From positions 15,319 through 79,318 of the forward strand of contig DUCU01000066.1 in NCBI GenBank assembly GCA_012959605.1: a stretch of DNA of 64,000 nucleotides. Direction: 5' to 3'. The translations under genes were made by a program, and so were the position numbers. How positions within the stretch are numbered: the first letter of the stretch is position 1; the number at the start of each line of letters is the position of its first letter. This stretch comes from Dehalococcoidia bacterium (lineage in GTDB: Bacteria > Chloroflexota > Dehalococcoidia > Lucifugimonadales > UBA3495). Below the pieces are notes generated by a model that was not told where the DNA came from, made no database searches, and saw nothing but the letters and a program-made list of their open reading frames with translations. Shown here in pieces: positions 38,408 through 47,619 of this stretch.

Positions 38408-39493
38408 ATGGCCCATCAGGTTAATGGAGTAGTCGCAGCAGGCAAAGGCGCGCCAGTTCAATTGGTGCCCATATTGGTGCCTGATCCCGGCCCCGGAGAA
38501 GCATTGATCCGGGTAAAAGCCTGTGGAGTCTGCCATACCGATCTCCATTACCGTGAAGGCGCCATCAACGACGATTTCCCGTTCTTGCTGGGCCACGAGG
38601 CCTCAGGCACCGTGGAATCGGTGGGTGAAGGCGTAACCAATGTGGCCCGCGGAGACTTTGTAATCATTGCCTGGCGGGCTCCCTGCGGCACCTGCCGCTC
38701 CTGTCTGCGAGGCGCTCCTTGGTACTGTTTCTCCAGTCGCAACGCATCCCAGCCCATGACGCTGGCAGACGGCACTCCCCTTTCACCTGCCTTGGGCATC
38801 GGCGCATTTGCCGAGTTGACCCTGGTGGACGCTGGTCAGACGGTGAAAGTCTCGCCTCAGGCCAGCCCAGCTGCGGCAGGGCTCGTTGGCTGCGGGATAA
38901 TGGCCGGACTGGGCGCAGCTATGAACACCGGCAACGTTGGCCGAGGCGATTCTGTGGCCGTCTTTGGCTGTGGCGGAGTCGGCAATGCGGCCATCGCCGG
39001 AGCCAGACTGGCTGGGGCGCACACAATAATCGGCGTGGACCTGGACAACCGCAAGTTGACCTGGGCCAAGGAATTCGGCGCAACTCATATTATCAATGCC
39101 ACGTCCACTGACCCGGTAGAGGCGATTCGCAAGCTCACTGGCGGTAACGGCGTTGATGTGGCAATCGAGGCTGTGGGAAGCCCTGTGACTTACGAGCAGG
39201 CATTCTACGCCCGAGACCACGCGGGTACAGTTGTCTTGGTGGGTGTTCCCAGCCCTGACATGAAGATTGAACTGCCGCTGATAGAGGTATTTGGGCGCGG
39301 CGGCAGCCTGAAATCATCCTGGTACGGCGATTGTCTGCCGTCCAGGGATTTCCCAGTGATTATTGACCTCTACCTACAGGGTCGACTGGACCTGGACCGG
39401 TTCGTATCTGAGTCCATCGGAATCGGAGATGTGGAAGAGGCGTTTCACAAGATGGATCGGGGCGAAGTTCTGCGTTCAGTAGTGATTTTCTAG
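38408..39493 (+). CDS. class III-type Zn alcohol dehydrogenase (S-(hydroxymethyl)thiol/formaldehyde dehydrogenase-like)
   Basis: 361 aa with [35 protein letters not shown] (structural Zn) and [17 protein letters not shown] precedes the ATG. Confidence 0.85.
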   Translation: MAHQVNGVVAAGKGAPVQLVPILVPDPGPGEALIRVKACGVCHTDLHYREGAINDDFPFLLGHEASGTVESVGEGVTNVARGDFVIIAWRAPCGTCRSCLRGAPWYCFSSRNASQPMTLADGTPLSPALGIGAFAELTLVDAGQTVKVSPQASPAAAGLVGCGIMAGLGAAMNTGNVGRGDSVAVFGCGGVGNAAIAGARLAGAHTIIGVDLDNRKLTWAKEFGATHIINATSTDPVEAIRKLTGGNGVDVAIEAVGSPVTYEQAFYARDHAGTVVLVGVPSPDMKIELPLIEVFGRGGSLKSSWYGDCLPSRDFPVIIDLYLQGRLDLDRFVSESIGIGDVEEAFHKMDRGEVLRSVVIF

Positions 39494-39507
39494 AGGTCGG
39501 CTTAGAC

Positions 39508-40263
39508 CTACTTGGAAGCCGTTAGCATTTGCGCTTCCATGGGAAAATGCAGACCGTCAGCCGACACGTACGAGGCCATCTCGACGGCAACTTCAGCTAC
39601 CAATGAACCGAGAGTTTCCTCTGAGAATTGGGTTTGAGTGCGCCTCATTATTGAGCCCACGGCTAACGCACGAGTGAATTCATCCACAGAATTGAATGCG
39701 GCAATGATGCGCGGGGTTTTCACGTCTGCGTCCGAAAACCCGCCTTGAGCAAAGAAATGCTCAACTTCACCGGAGCTGGGGAACACGAATAATTCGTCCA
39801 GCAGTCTGGCCGCCTCCGGTCCCAATGTTTTACCCAGTGCGTGAGCAACGGCTAGATAGCCGGAACTTGCTCCAACGCCGACCAGACTGCAATTCCGACT
39901 CGGCCGCCCGGTTGCAGAACCCTGTAGACCTCTTTGACCACCTGAACGAGGTCTGGAAAGAACTAGAACCCCTGTTGGCACACTACCAAGTCGAATTCTC
40001 CGCCAGCATACGGAAGGGCACCGGCGTCACCCTCCCACCAGTCTATGGACGGATCCATTGTGCGAGCGGTCGTAATTTGGGCACCGTTGAAATCCAGGCC
40101 AAACACCTCTCCGTCTGGCTGGATCATTGGCGCTACTGGTCAACGCCAGTATCACAGTCGATGCGCCAGAATCGAGGACCCGCCGCAAGTCTCCCGGAGT
40201 GTCGGTGATACTCGAAGTGGAACCCGCTAGTTGCCAGAGTTCTAGGACAGCTTCAATATCCAT
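39508..40263 (-). pseudogene. class I SAM-dependent methyltransferase gene with an in-frame TAG and at least 2 frameshifts
   Basis: Across three frames the reading is ..GDLRRVLDSGAS.. | ..VAPMIQPDGEVFGLDFNGAQITTARTMDPSIDWWEGDAGALPYAGGEFDLVVCQQGF-TAG(39965..39963)-FFPDLVQVVKEVYRVLQPGGRVGIAVW.. | ..GYLAVAHALGK..(ORF 39508..39981). The TAG sits where homologues recalled from memory have Gln (QQGLQF). Confidence 0.6.
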
Positions 40264-40325
40264 CTGGTAGACACAGGCGAGTGGTCACTTCATCAGCCAT
40301 AAACCACCCCACATTGGCTTAGAGA

Positions 40326-41702
40326 TTATTTCTGTTCTATCTGGCGCAATCTGGCCGGCAGTTTTGGTTGCCGCAACATGGCGTAGACCACTGCAGACGC
40401 AGCGGCGGCGACCAGGGAGACCACCAAAGGCAGATCGTAGTTAGTGTGTTGGTCAAACCACCATCCAGTTGCGAAGGGGACTGACAGCAGGGCCCAACTG
40501 TAGCTCATGTTGATTATTCCCCGCAGTGTGGCGTAATGGTTCCGCCCAAAATAGTTGCCAATCACTCCCCAGTTGACCGGCGTAATACCCTCCGACATAC
40601 CCATGATTACGGCTGATACGGCCAAAATCATCAGGGCGTCGGACGATAGCAACAAAACCAGTCCCAGCGCGTAGAGAACCATCCCGCCGCCAAGGATTAT
40701 CTGTGCCGGCACTCGATCTCCAAAATAACCAACGATTAATTTGGACGGCACATTCATCCCTAGACGCAGGGTGAAGAACAACGCTGCAATGGACGTATCA
40801 AAATCCTTCCACTCTAGTATCGCCACGTAATGCAGGTCGATGCCAACTCGGGATACCTGCCGCAATACCGTGCCCATAAGAAGGTACCAATATGACGACG
40901 TGCGCAACGCCTCACGCACGGTGAATTCCGCTCCCGCATAGTAGTTTCGCAGCCGCTGTAAGTCGGCGGGGCTGGAGACGGACGGGCTTGATGCTCCGGG
41001 TGTCTCCCTCGCCGCTTTAACGTCAGCCTCTTTCGCGCCGTCGGGCAACAATCCCATGCTCTCCGGCGATTCCTTCAAAAACGGCATCAGCGGCAGAATG
41101 ACCAACAAATAAGCTCCGGCTCCCATCAGGGCGGCGACCCGCCAGTCATAGATCGCGATAATCAGGGTCATGAGCGGTATCAGAAGAGTGGATCCCAGGT
41201 TTCCCGACGCCTCGCGCACCGACATAGCGCGTACTCGGTAACGGCTGAACCAGGTCACCACCAAGGCAGTGGCCGAGTCTTGAAAGGCCATGGTAGCGCC
41301 GAATGCCACAAACCCCAGGTAGGCAAAAGAGAACACCCAGACGTTCTGGGCAAAGGAAAAAATAATAAACCCGATCCCGGCCAATATGGTGCCAATCGCC
41401 ATTATCCGTTTAGCGCCCAGCCGATCAACCAGGTAGCCAATAAACGGTCCGGCCACTGCGCCTTCTGATCGGCCCAAAGAGAACACCAGCGACGTGGTGG
41501 CGCGGTTCAGCCCCAATGACGCTCCCACTGGGATCAAGAACAACGCCGGCCCTTTGTCGAAGAAGGCGTTATTCATGGCCGCCATCACGCTGATCAGGCC
41601 CAATACCCACCAGCCGTAGAAGAACCGGCCGGAGAAGAAGCGACCTAGTCCTTGTCCCGAAGAGTTTATGGACGTGTTTATTTCAGGTTTGTCTGGAGTC
41701 AT
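40326..41702 (-). CDS. MFS transporter
   Basis: 458 aa, multi-TM, with a central hydrophilic loop (PDGAKEADVKAARETPGASSPSVSSP). Confidence 0.8.
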   Translation of the reverse strand: MTPDKPEINTSINSSGQGLGRFFSGRFFYGWWVLGLISVMAAMNNAFFDKGPALFLIPVGASLGLNRATTSLVFSLGRSEGAVAGPFIGYLVDRLGAKRIMAIGTILAGIGFIIFSFAQNVWVFSFAYLGFVAFGATMAFQDSATALVVTWFSRYRVRAMSVREASGNLGSTLLIPLMTLIIAIYDWRVAALMGAGAYLLVILPLMPFLKESPESMGLLPDGAKEADVKAARETPGASSPSVSSPADLQRLRNYYAGAEFTVREALRTSSYWYLLMGTVLRQVSRVGIDLHYVAILEWKDFDTSIAALFFTLRLGMNVPSKLIVGYFGDRVPAQIILGGGMVLYALGLVLLLSSDALMILAVSAVIMGMSEGITPVNWGVIGNYFGRNHYATLRGIINMSYSWALLSVPFATGWWFDQHTNYDLPLVVSLVAAAASAVVYAMLRQPKLPARLRQIEQK

Positions 41703-41861
41703 GGATCGTTGAAGGAATCACGCCGGTAAAACAACATACCGATTCTAGATACTGTAGGACGGCAGTATCGCACAAGCAGCGGTTGCGGCGCGCGAAGACA
41801 ACGTCTGGTTTCCTGGAATCAGTCCAGCAAGTAAAATATTATCGAAAACCGGGGAGGATGA

Positions 41862-42197
41862 ATGGCAATGGCTTATAACAAGAAGTTGGCGGAACGGGTC
41901 CGGGCCGTGTTCGAACTCGAACCCAATTGTACGGAGCAGAAGATGTTTGGCGGCCTCTGTTTTATGGTTGGTCGGAACATGGCAGTGGGTATAGCCGGGG
42001 ATGACCTGATGGTACGGCCCGGTCCAATCAATTTTGAGGCGGCGTTATCTTTGCCCCACGCCCGGCCAATGGATTTCACCCGAAGGCCCATGAAGGGGTT
42101 TGTCTACGTGGAGTCTGAGGGGTTTGCAACTGACACCGCTCTGGCTGCATGGATAGAACGCGGCGCCGCCTACGCTCGTTCTATCCCCGCAAAATAA
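41862..42197 (+). CDS. TfoX N-terminal domain protein
   Basis: 111 aa with KLAERVRAVF....EQKMFGGLCFMVGRNMAVGI..DDLMVR, the TfoX_N pattern. Confidence 0.65.
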   Translation: MAMAYNKKLAERVRAVFELEPNCTEQKMFGGLCFMVGRNMAVGIAGDDLMVRPGPINFEAALSLPHARPMDFTRRPMKGFVYVESEGFATDTALAAWIERGAAYARSIPAK

Positions 42198-42314
42198 TCT
42201 TGTTCGCAGTCTCGTTTCGGTTTTATTTAGGCGTATATCGCTGGTGCTATAATAGCCTCACTTCCCCCTGTGAATGCCCAAGATTGTATTAGTTTTTGTT
42301 TCTGAGAGGTTGCT

Positions 42315-43160
42315 ATGGATTTCGGCGCAATGATGTTTTCAACTGATTACTCCATTCGTCCCGATGATCTGGCCAGGATGCTGGAGGATCGTGGTTTTGA
42401 ATCAATGTGGGTCCCGGAGCACACCCACATACCGGCCGAGCGCACCAGTCCTTGGCCAGGTGGCCCTGACCTTCCCAAAGATTACTGGCATACCTATGAC
42501 CCATTTGTCGCTCTGACCGCAGCAGCGGCAGTGACCACTGACCTGAAATTGGGCACGGGTATCTGTTTAATGATTGAGCGTGACCCAATCACAACTGCCA
42601 AAGAAATCGCCAGCTTGGACATGCTCTCCAGAGGTCGGTTTATATTTGGCGTTGGCGGTGGTTGGAACGCCGAAGAAATGAGTAACCACGGCACCAACTA
42701 CCGAAGTCGCTGGCGAATCCTCCGGGAAAAGATACTGGCCATGAAGGAAATCTGGACGCAAGAAGAGGCTGAATTCCACGGCGACCACGTGAATTTCGAC
42801 AAGATGTGGGCCTATCCCAAACCCGTGCAACGCCCGCACCCACCAATTCTCATGGGCGGAGATGGCCCGACTACATTTGACCGAGTTGTGGAGTACTGCG
42901 ACGGCTGGATACCCATCGGCGGGCGTGGTTCCGGCGGGGTCAGCCTAGGGGAGAAAATCGTCCTGTTGAAGAAACAGGCTGAGGAAGCCGGCCGAGACCC
43001 CGACTCCTTGAACATCACCAGCTTTGGCATACGCCCCGACCCGGACTTGATCGCACGATTGCAAGAAGCCGGTGTAAACCGGGTGATTTTCACCCTGCCC
43101 TCTCAAGAACAGGCTGAGGTTACGCCGCTGATTGACGAGTGTACCAAGCTCATTTCCTAG
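42315..43160 (+). CDS. LLM-class oxidoreductase, probably F420-dependent subgroup
   Basis: 281 aa with GFESMWVPEHTHIP, LDMLSRGRFIFGVGGGWN, EAEFHGDHVNFD and RPHPPILMGG, resembling the TIGR03619-like group from memory. Confidence 0.7.
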   Translation: MDFGAMMFSTDYSIRPDDLARMLEDRGFESMWVPEHTHIPAERTSPWPGGPDLPKDYWHTYDPFVALTAAAAVTTDLKLGTGICLMIERDPITTAKEIASLDMLSRGRFIFGVGGGWNAEEMSNHGTNYRSRWRILREKILAMKEIWTQEEAEFHGDHVNFDKMWAYPKPVQRPHPPILMGGDGPTTFDRVVEYCDGWIPIGGRGSGGVSLGEKIVLLKKQAEEAGRDPDSLNITSFGIRPDPDLIARLQEAGVNRVIFTLPSQEQAEVTPLIDECTKLIS

Positions 43161-43210
43161 TCAACCAGGTGAAATAATCAAATCGTCAGTCTGAACAACC
43201 AAGCAGACCA

Positions 43211-43256
43211 AAGAGGCCCGCTGTTCGCTCCAAATGGGGACCAGCGGGCCTCTTTA
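43211..43256 (+). terminator. hairpin after the LLM gene
   Basis: AAGAGGCCCGCTG (43211..43223) pairs with CAGCGGGCCTCTT (43242..43254). The loop is 18 nt and the T-tract is weak. Confidence 0.5.
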
Positions 43257-43292
43257 TGTTCAATCAAGGACATCATATAAGGACGATAATTT

Positions 43293-43306
43293 GGGCCATA
43301 TGGCCC
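43293..43306. promoter_or_regulatory. perfect 14-bp palindrome GGGCCATATGGCCC, with further (A/C)GGCCC(A/G)A motifs nearby
   Basis: The palindrome was verified by eye. Related ATGGCCC/ACGGCCC copies lie at about 43300, 43315 and 43340. Confidence 0.3.
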
Positions 43307-43410
43307 GACTAACACGGCCCAATCAACACTTGGGGTTAAATGGCCCAGAACCTAAGCTTGGACTGAAGCACCTAAGTAAATAGAGAACTTAATTCGGTGG
43401 GGGCGCTGAT

Positions 43411-43576
43411 ATGGCTACCAATAAAATAGAGAGCGTTAAACCCAAATGCGCGATGATGGGGTGTAACCGCCCGGTCTAACCGAGCTTTGGCCATCGCCCC
43501 TCATACAGTCGTCGATCTCTGCGCTGAGCATTACGCAGAGGAAAAAAACAACCTGGATATTAAGAAGGCGGCCTAG
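43411..43576 (+). pseudogene. small Cys/His-knuckle ORF broken by a 1-nt frameshift (very tentative)
   Basis: The first part reads MATNKIESVKPKCAMMGCNRPV, then TAA (43477..43479). The +1 frame continues RALAIAPHTVVDLCAEHYAEEKNNLDIKKAA. A GGTGGGGG RBS lies upstream and a terminator follows. Confidence 0.25.
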
Positions 43577-43645
43577 AGCAACTGACAACACGGGAAAACC
43601 AAAGAACGGCACCAATCAGCCGTTAAAATAGCCCTCCCACCTATC

Positions 43646-43690
43646 AGCGCCCCCCGTCCGCCCTGGACTTGGGGCGCTTTCTTTTGTTTT
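43646..43690 (+). terminator. intrinsic terminator (plus-strand orientation)
   Basis: AGCGCCCC (43646..43653) pairs with GGGGCGCT (43671..43678), followed by TTCTTTTGTTTT. Confidence 0.55.
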
Positions 43691-43691
43691 G

Positions 43692-44921
43692 CTACTCTCC
43701 AATCTTCTTATTCAGCGGCAATAAGGTAAATATGACGGCGGCCAAGGCGAATAGCGACGCCACGTAATATAAGCCAGCCTGGAATCCCCACACCTCATAG
43801 AGCCCTCCGGCAATCAGCGGAGAGACCGCCGCCATCAGGAAGCTGACAAAGGACACAACCCCTAGTCCGATTGTGGCCTCCTCACGGCCCAGTACATCAA
43901 ACAACGCCGCCGTTAAAATCGGTTGGTCTGGGTACAGGAACAAGCCCAACAGAGCAATCGTAATGGTCAAAGATACGCCGTCATTGAACCCAACCATCAA
44001 TAGCGTTAGCACGCAGGACCAGATCAATCCTGGCACCAGCACCTGCTTGCGCCCGAACTTATCAGATATCATCCCGGCCACTGGTTTTGCCAGCAGTCCA
44101 ACCGCGATCAACAGTGCAATGTGAAACCCTCGATCGAACACTGCCAAGTCCAAGTCGTTGCCCAGATACAAGGCCAGCAACGTGACCACGGCAACCAGAG
44201 CCATTGAGCGCAGCCCCCTCACCGCGGTAATACCCTGCAGCAACCGACTTTTAAACAACATCTTGGTCATGGCAAGTCGCTCGGCCAGGCCGGCGACTTT
44301 GGCGTCGTCTTCTCTCACGTCGCCAATTCCCTTGAAGACCCAGACAGCCATGAAAGCCATGAAGAATGGCGCAATGGCATAGATACTAAGAATACCGCGC
44401 CAGCCCATCACCAGGAGCAGCGCTCCGGTTATCAGTGGTCCGGCCACGTCACCGACGCTGCCACCCACACCGTGGAAGGACAACATAGTGCCTCGACGAC
44501 TGGCAAAGTGGTGCGAAAGTGAAGCCGCGGCTGGTAAATGCCACAGCGAGTGGGAGACCGAAACAACGGCCACTCCAATCAGCAGTAAAACGTAGGCCGG
44601 GGATATTCCCATCAGTAGGGAACCCAATCCCGACGCGCCGATACAAATCCCTAACAGCCATCCCCACCACTTGCGCAACATGCCAACTAGCACGCCACCG
44701 GGCAAAGTGATCAACCCAGAGGTCAATTCCCTCACAGCCTGGATGCCACCCACTCCCACACCATTCAGGCCAAAGGTTTGCTGGATCTCCGGGACCAGTA
44801 CCACGAAGCTCTGCAGTATCCAGTGGAAACCCACGTGACCAACGGCCAATGCAGTGACCATTACCCGTGCAGTGAACCGCACGTTTTGCTTTTCGCTGGG
44901 TGTTATCTCAGATGCCGCCAT
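43692..44921 (-). CDS. MFS transporter
   Basis: 409 aa, about 12 TM segments. Confidence 0.8.
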   Translation of the reverse strand: MAASEITPSEKQNVRFTARVMVTALAVGHVGFHWILQSFVVLVPEIQQTFGLNGVGVGGIQAVRELTSGLITLPGGVLVGMLRKWWGWLLGICIGASGLGSLLMGISPAYVLLLIGVAVVSVSHSLWHLPAAASLSHHFASRRGTMLSFHGVGGSVGDVAGPLITGALLLVMGWRGILSIYAIAPFFMAFMAVWVFKGIGDVREDDAKVAGLAERLAMTKMLFKSRLLQGITAVRGLRSMALVAVVTLLALYLGNDLDLAVFDRGFHIALLIAVGLLAKPVAGMISDKFGRKQVLVPGLIWSCVLTLLMVGFNDGVSLTITIALLGLFLYPDQPILTAALFDVLGREEATIGLGVVSFVSFLMAAVSPLIAGGLYEVWGFQAGLYYVASLFALAAVIFTLLPLNKKIGE

Positions 44922-45018
44922 AGCTATGCCTCAAACCTACGTTCAAATCTATTTCTATAGACGCAAGGTTAAAAATCCTCGTTGAGTATATCCAGACCAA
45001 CAAGTACAATCTATCGAC

Positions 45019-45828
45019 ATGCAGACAGAAAATACCTCAAACAGGACAAACATGCATTCTGAGGAACATGACTCCTATGGAGAGGACATTGACCGGATGG
45101 TGGTGGTCCGGGCGTCTGAGTATCCGTCTGGGTATATGTCGAATAGCCACTGGCACGGCCGAGGCCAGTTGGTTTACGCATGCGCAGGCGTGGTGAAAGT
45201 AACGGCCAAACAGGGAGTGTGGGTTGTCCCGCAGCACCGCGGGGTTTGGATTCCGGCGAGGGTGGAGCACCAGATAGAATCTGCAGGTCCATTTTCCATG
45301 CGCAGCGTCTACGTCAGAGACGAACCGGCGGCAGAACTTCCCATTTCCTGTGGTGTGGTAGGCGTGACGCCTCTGCTACGTGAGCTCATCTTGACTGCTG
45401 CCGACGCCCCCAAACTCTACGATGTAAACGGCAGGGACGGCCGGATCATGAATCTAATCTTGAGTGAGATTCGCAGTTCGCCGGTAATGCCGCTGCACCT
45501 GCCAGAGCCAACTGATTCTCGCCTGAAGCAAATAACCACAGCCATTCGCGAGAACCCAGCTGACACACGCACATTGGAGGAGTGGGGGCGGCGTGCCGGG
45601 GCCAGCCCCAGGACTCTGGCCCGACTGTTTCCTGTTGAGACGGGGATGACCTTCCGGCATTGGCAACAGCAGGCCCGATTGTTGGAAGGCCTAATGCGCC
45701 TGGCCGAGGGTGAGGCAGTGACATCAGTGGCCCTTGAAGTTGGGTATGAGAACCCCAGCGCTTTTATTTCCATGTTCCGGCGCACTCTAGGCATCACACC
45801 CGGGCGGTATTTCTCGACAGAAATTTAG
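45019..45828 (+). CDS. AraC-family transcriptional regulator (cupin sensor plus HTH)
   Basis: The N-terminal cupin region reads HWHGRGQLVYACAGVVKV. The C-terminal region LEEWGRRAGASPRTLARLF..G.TF..W....RL.. and GYENPSAFISMFRRTLGITPGRY is the AraC HTH. The start is uncertain (45019 or 45052). Confidence 0.8.
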   Translation: MQTENTSNRTNMHSEEHDSYGEDIDRMVVVRASEYPSGYMSNSHWHGRGQLVYACAGVVKVTAKQGVWVVPQHRGVWIPARVEHQIESAGPFSMRSVYVRDEPAAELPISCGVVGVTPLLRELILTAADAPKLYDVNGRDGRIMNLILSEIRSSPVMPLHLPEPTDSRLKQITTAIRENPADTRTLEEWGRRAGASPRTLARLFPVETGMTFRHWQQQARLLEGLMRLAEGEAVTSVALEVGYENPSAFISMFRRTLGITPGRYFSTEI

Positions 45829-46094
45829 TCGCATAGCCTTAATTAGCTATAGCAAAATGGAAATTTGAGGCATGTGCTGCTTTAGTTGCGGATTCATACC
45901 GCAAGGCGTTGAGATTCGCAGAAGTTTTGTGTCCGGTTTAACTCCAAAAATTGAACTGACCTGACACGGCCCGATGGTACAAGATGTGAATCGGCAAGTA
46001 CCCTTTCCGCATCACATAGGTTGTAATAAGTTTGCTCTTCCATGGGAAGAGAATGCACGAACTATTACACGGACGAATATTGGGAGGAATAAGT

Positions 46095-46441
46095 ATGACT
46101 ACAACACATCCGGCTTCAGTTTTAACCGAGGCCATCCTACAGGGGTGCAAAGAACGAGCGCCCGGCTACGACCGGGACAATACGTTCTTTGACGAAGATT
46201 TCAAACAACTAAAAGAAGTCGGCTATCTCCTGTCTGCTGTGCCCAAAGAACTGGGAGGGTGATGGACGCCGCCATGGACCTGCAGGGTAGGTTCAGCATC
46301 TTCAAAAAGAGTGGGTTTGAACGCCTGTGGCGCGACGCCCGCCTAGTCAAGCTTCACCCGCCCAATAACGCACTTACCATGGAATTCGTCGGCAAGACCG
46401 CACTTGGGGTCAACCCAGACGAGTCTCCACGCTGGGGCTAG
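46095..46441 (+). pseudogene. acyl-CoA dehydrogenase remnant with a large internal deletion
   Basis: The N-terminal 55 aa are MTTTHPASVLTEAILQGCKERAPGYDRDNTFFDEDFKQLKEVGYLLSAVPKELGG (GGGAGG RBS upstream). They are fused out of frame at about 46259 to a C-terminal 60 aa (..FERLWRDARLVKLHPPNNALTMEFVGKTALGV..). The catalytic middle of roughly 270 aa is absent. Confidence 0.6.
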
Positions 46442-46523
46442 AAGCTATCAGCATTCAGCAGAATAAAAGACCCCGGTCCGTTAAGGACCAGGGTCTTTTC
46501 GCGTCTAGAACGATGAGTTAGGG

Positions 46524-46979
46524 CTATAGGTCTTCTGGCGGTAGGAAGGCGTTGGGAACGATGGCGCTGCCTTGTCCCACTCCGGTGGTGTTGCCCTTCT
46601 GGTTGGTTACTTCAATGTTCACCGAGACACGGCTACCATTGGCTTCTTTGGTGGTGCCGGAGACTTTGCCGGTGAAAGTGATCGTGTCGCCGGGGCGGAC
46701 GGGCCGCAGGAATCTGATGTCCACGGTACCTGTGTGGTTGAACACCTCAGGGCCAAAGTGCCGGCGCAGCATCTCAATGGCGAAGGTAAGAGACATTCGA
46801 CCTGAGGCTACTGTGCCCTCGGTGCCAAGCACTTCTTTAGCGGCGGCTTCGTCGGTGAATTGGGACGGGCCAGTGTGTCCGGAACTGCCTTCAAAAAGGT
46901 TGATGGCTTCCTGAGTCATCTCTTTTATCAAGGGCGTAATGTCATCGCCCTCTTCGTAACTTCTAATTACCCTCCCCAT
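46524..46979 (-). CDS. MaoC-like (R)-hydratase hot-dog protein
   Basis: 151 aa with DIRFLRPVRPGDTITFTGKV and a hot-dog fold pattern. Its start overlaps the upstream gene's end by 13 nt. Confidence 0.7.
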   Translation of the reverse strand: MGRVIRSYEEGDDITPLIKEMTQEAINLFEGSSGHTGPSQFTDEAAAKEVLGTEGTVASGRMSLTFAIEMLRRHFGPEVFNHTGTVDIRFLRPVRPGDTITFTGKVSGTTKEANGSRVSVNIEVTNQKGNTTGVGQGSAIVPNAFLPPEDL

Positions 46980-47449
46980 TTCTTGCCTACCTCCGATGGT
47001 TGCTTGAGTTCATGGGTGATAACGCGATCGATGAGTTTTCCGTCTTCGTCAACGGACACTGCCTCGGTCACAATATAGTTCTTGCCGCGTCTCAGATATT
47101 TGTCCGCAATCCAAGCGGTCACGGTCAGTTTCTTGCCGGCCTCTGGCGGGTTGTAGCAATGGAAGGCACAACGAGCGTTTACCGACCCGGCGTCGGTATA
47201 TCTGTCGTTGTACTGGCGTACGTCCACTTTGTGGGCGATGGTCGGAAAGCTCGCTTCCGGGTCCATCACTCCCTTCCGGTAGGTGTCGATCATTTCTCGA
47301 GTCAGCAGATATTCAAACTTCTCGAATGTCTCGCCAACTTCTAGTGCGTCCCAGTCCAGTTCGATCTTGTTTTCAGCCTCGGCCATGTTGAATGCGTCCT
47401 CTCTGGCGAATCTGGCGCCAATATTATACTTGGCGCCCGCATTATACAT
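46967..47449 (-). CDS. hot-dog fold dehydratase partner subunit (MaoC N-terminal-like)
   Basis: 160 aa as an ORF. The more likely start is ATG 47386 (MAEAENK..., with AGAGGA upstream). It is translationally coupled to the downstream MaoC-like gene, a HadAB-like pairing. Confidence 0.6.
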   Translation of the reverse strand: MYNAGAKYNIGARFAREDAFNMAEAENKIELDWDALEVGETFEKFEYLLTREMIDTYRKGVMDPEASFPTIAHKVDVRQYNDRYTDAGSVNARCAFHCYNPPEAGKKLTVTAWIADKYLRRGKNYIVTEAVSVDEDGKLIDRVITHELKQPSEVGKKWGG

Positions 47450-47619
47450 TTTGCGGATCCAAAGTGGCTTGATAACCCTGACAGTAACTACGGTTGGCTG
47501 GTTTTGGGAGACGAGACCGAAAACCGCACCGCAAAACGCTTTAATAGCAGCGAGAATGAAACGGAAGCAAACCGACCAGTTCTGACGATTAAATACCCAA
47601 TCAGCTAACTCTAGGTTTG

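Noticed and set aside
21704-40263. In-frame TAG (22034, 39963) and TGA (22301) codons as evidence for stop-codon reassignment or pyrrolysine
   Set aside because: TAG and TGA terminate many intact genes at family-typical C-termini (for example hflK and sucD with TAG, the DUF62 gene with TGA). The affected genes also carry frameshifts. Ordinary nonsense mutations explain them. Only the TGA at 29848..29850 has the specific CxxC context plus a hairpin.
43399-43654. 13-bp inverted repeat GGGGGCGCTGATA / TATCAGCGCCCCC flanking the mini-ORF (MITE-like?)
   Set aside because: A rough estimate gives about 0.5 such matches by chance within 500 bp in a window this size. There are no target-site duplications and no second copy in the window. 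The right arm is also part of a terminator stem.
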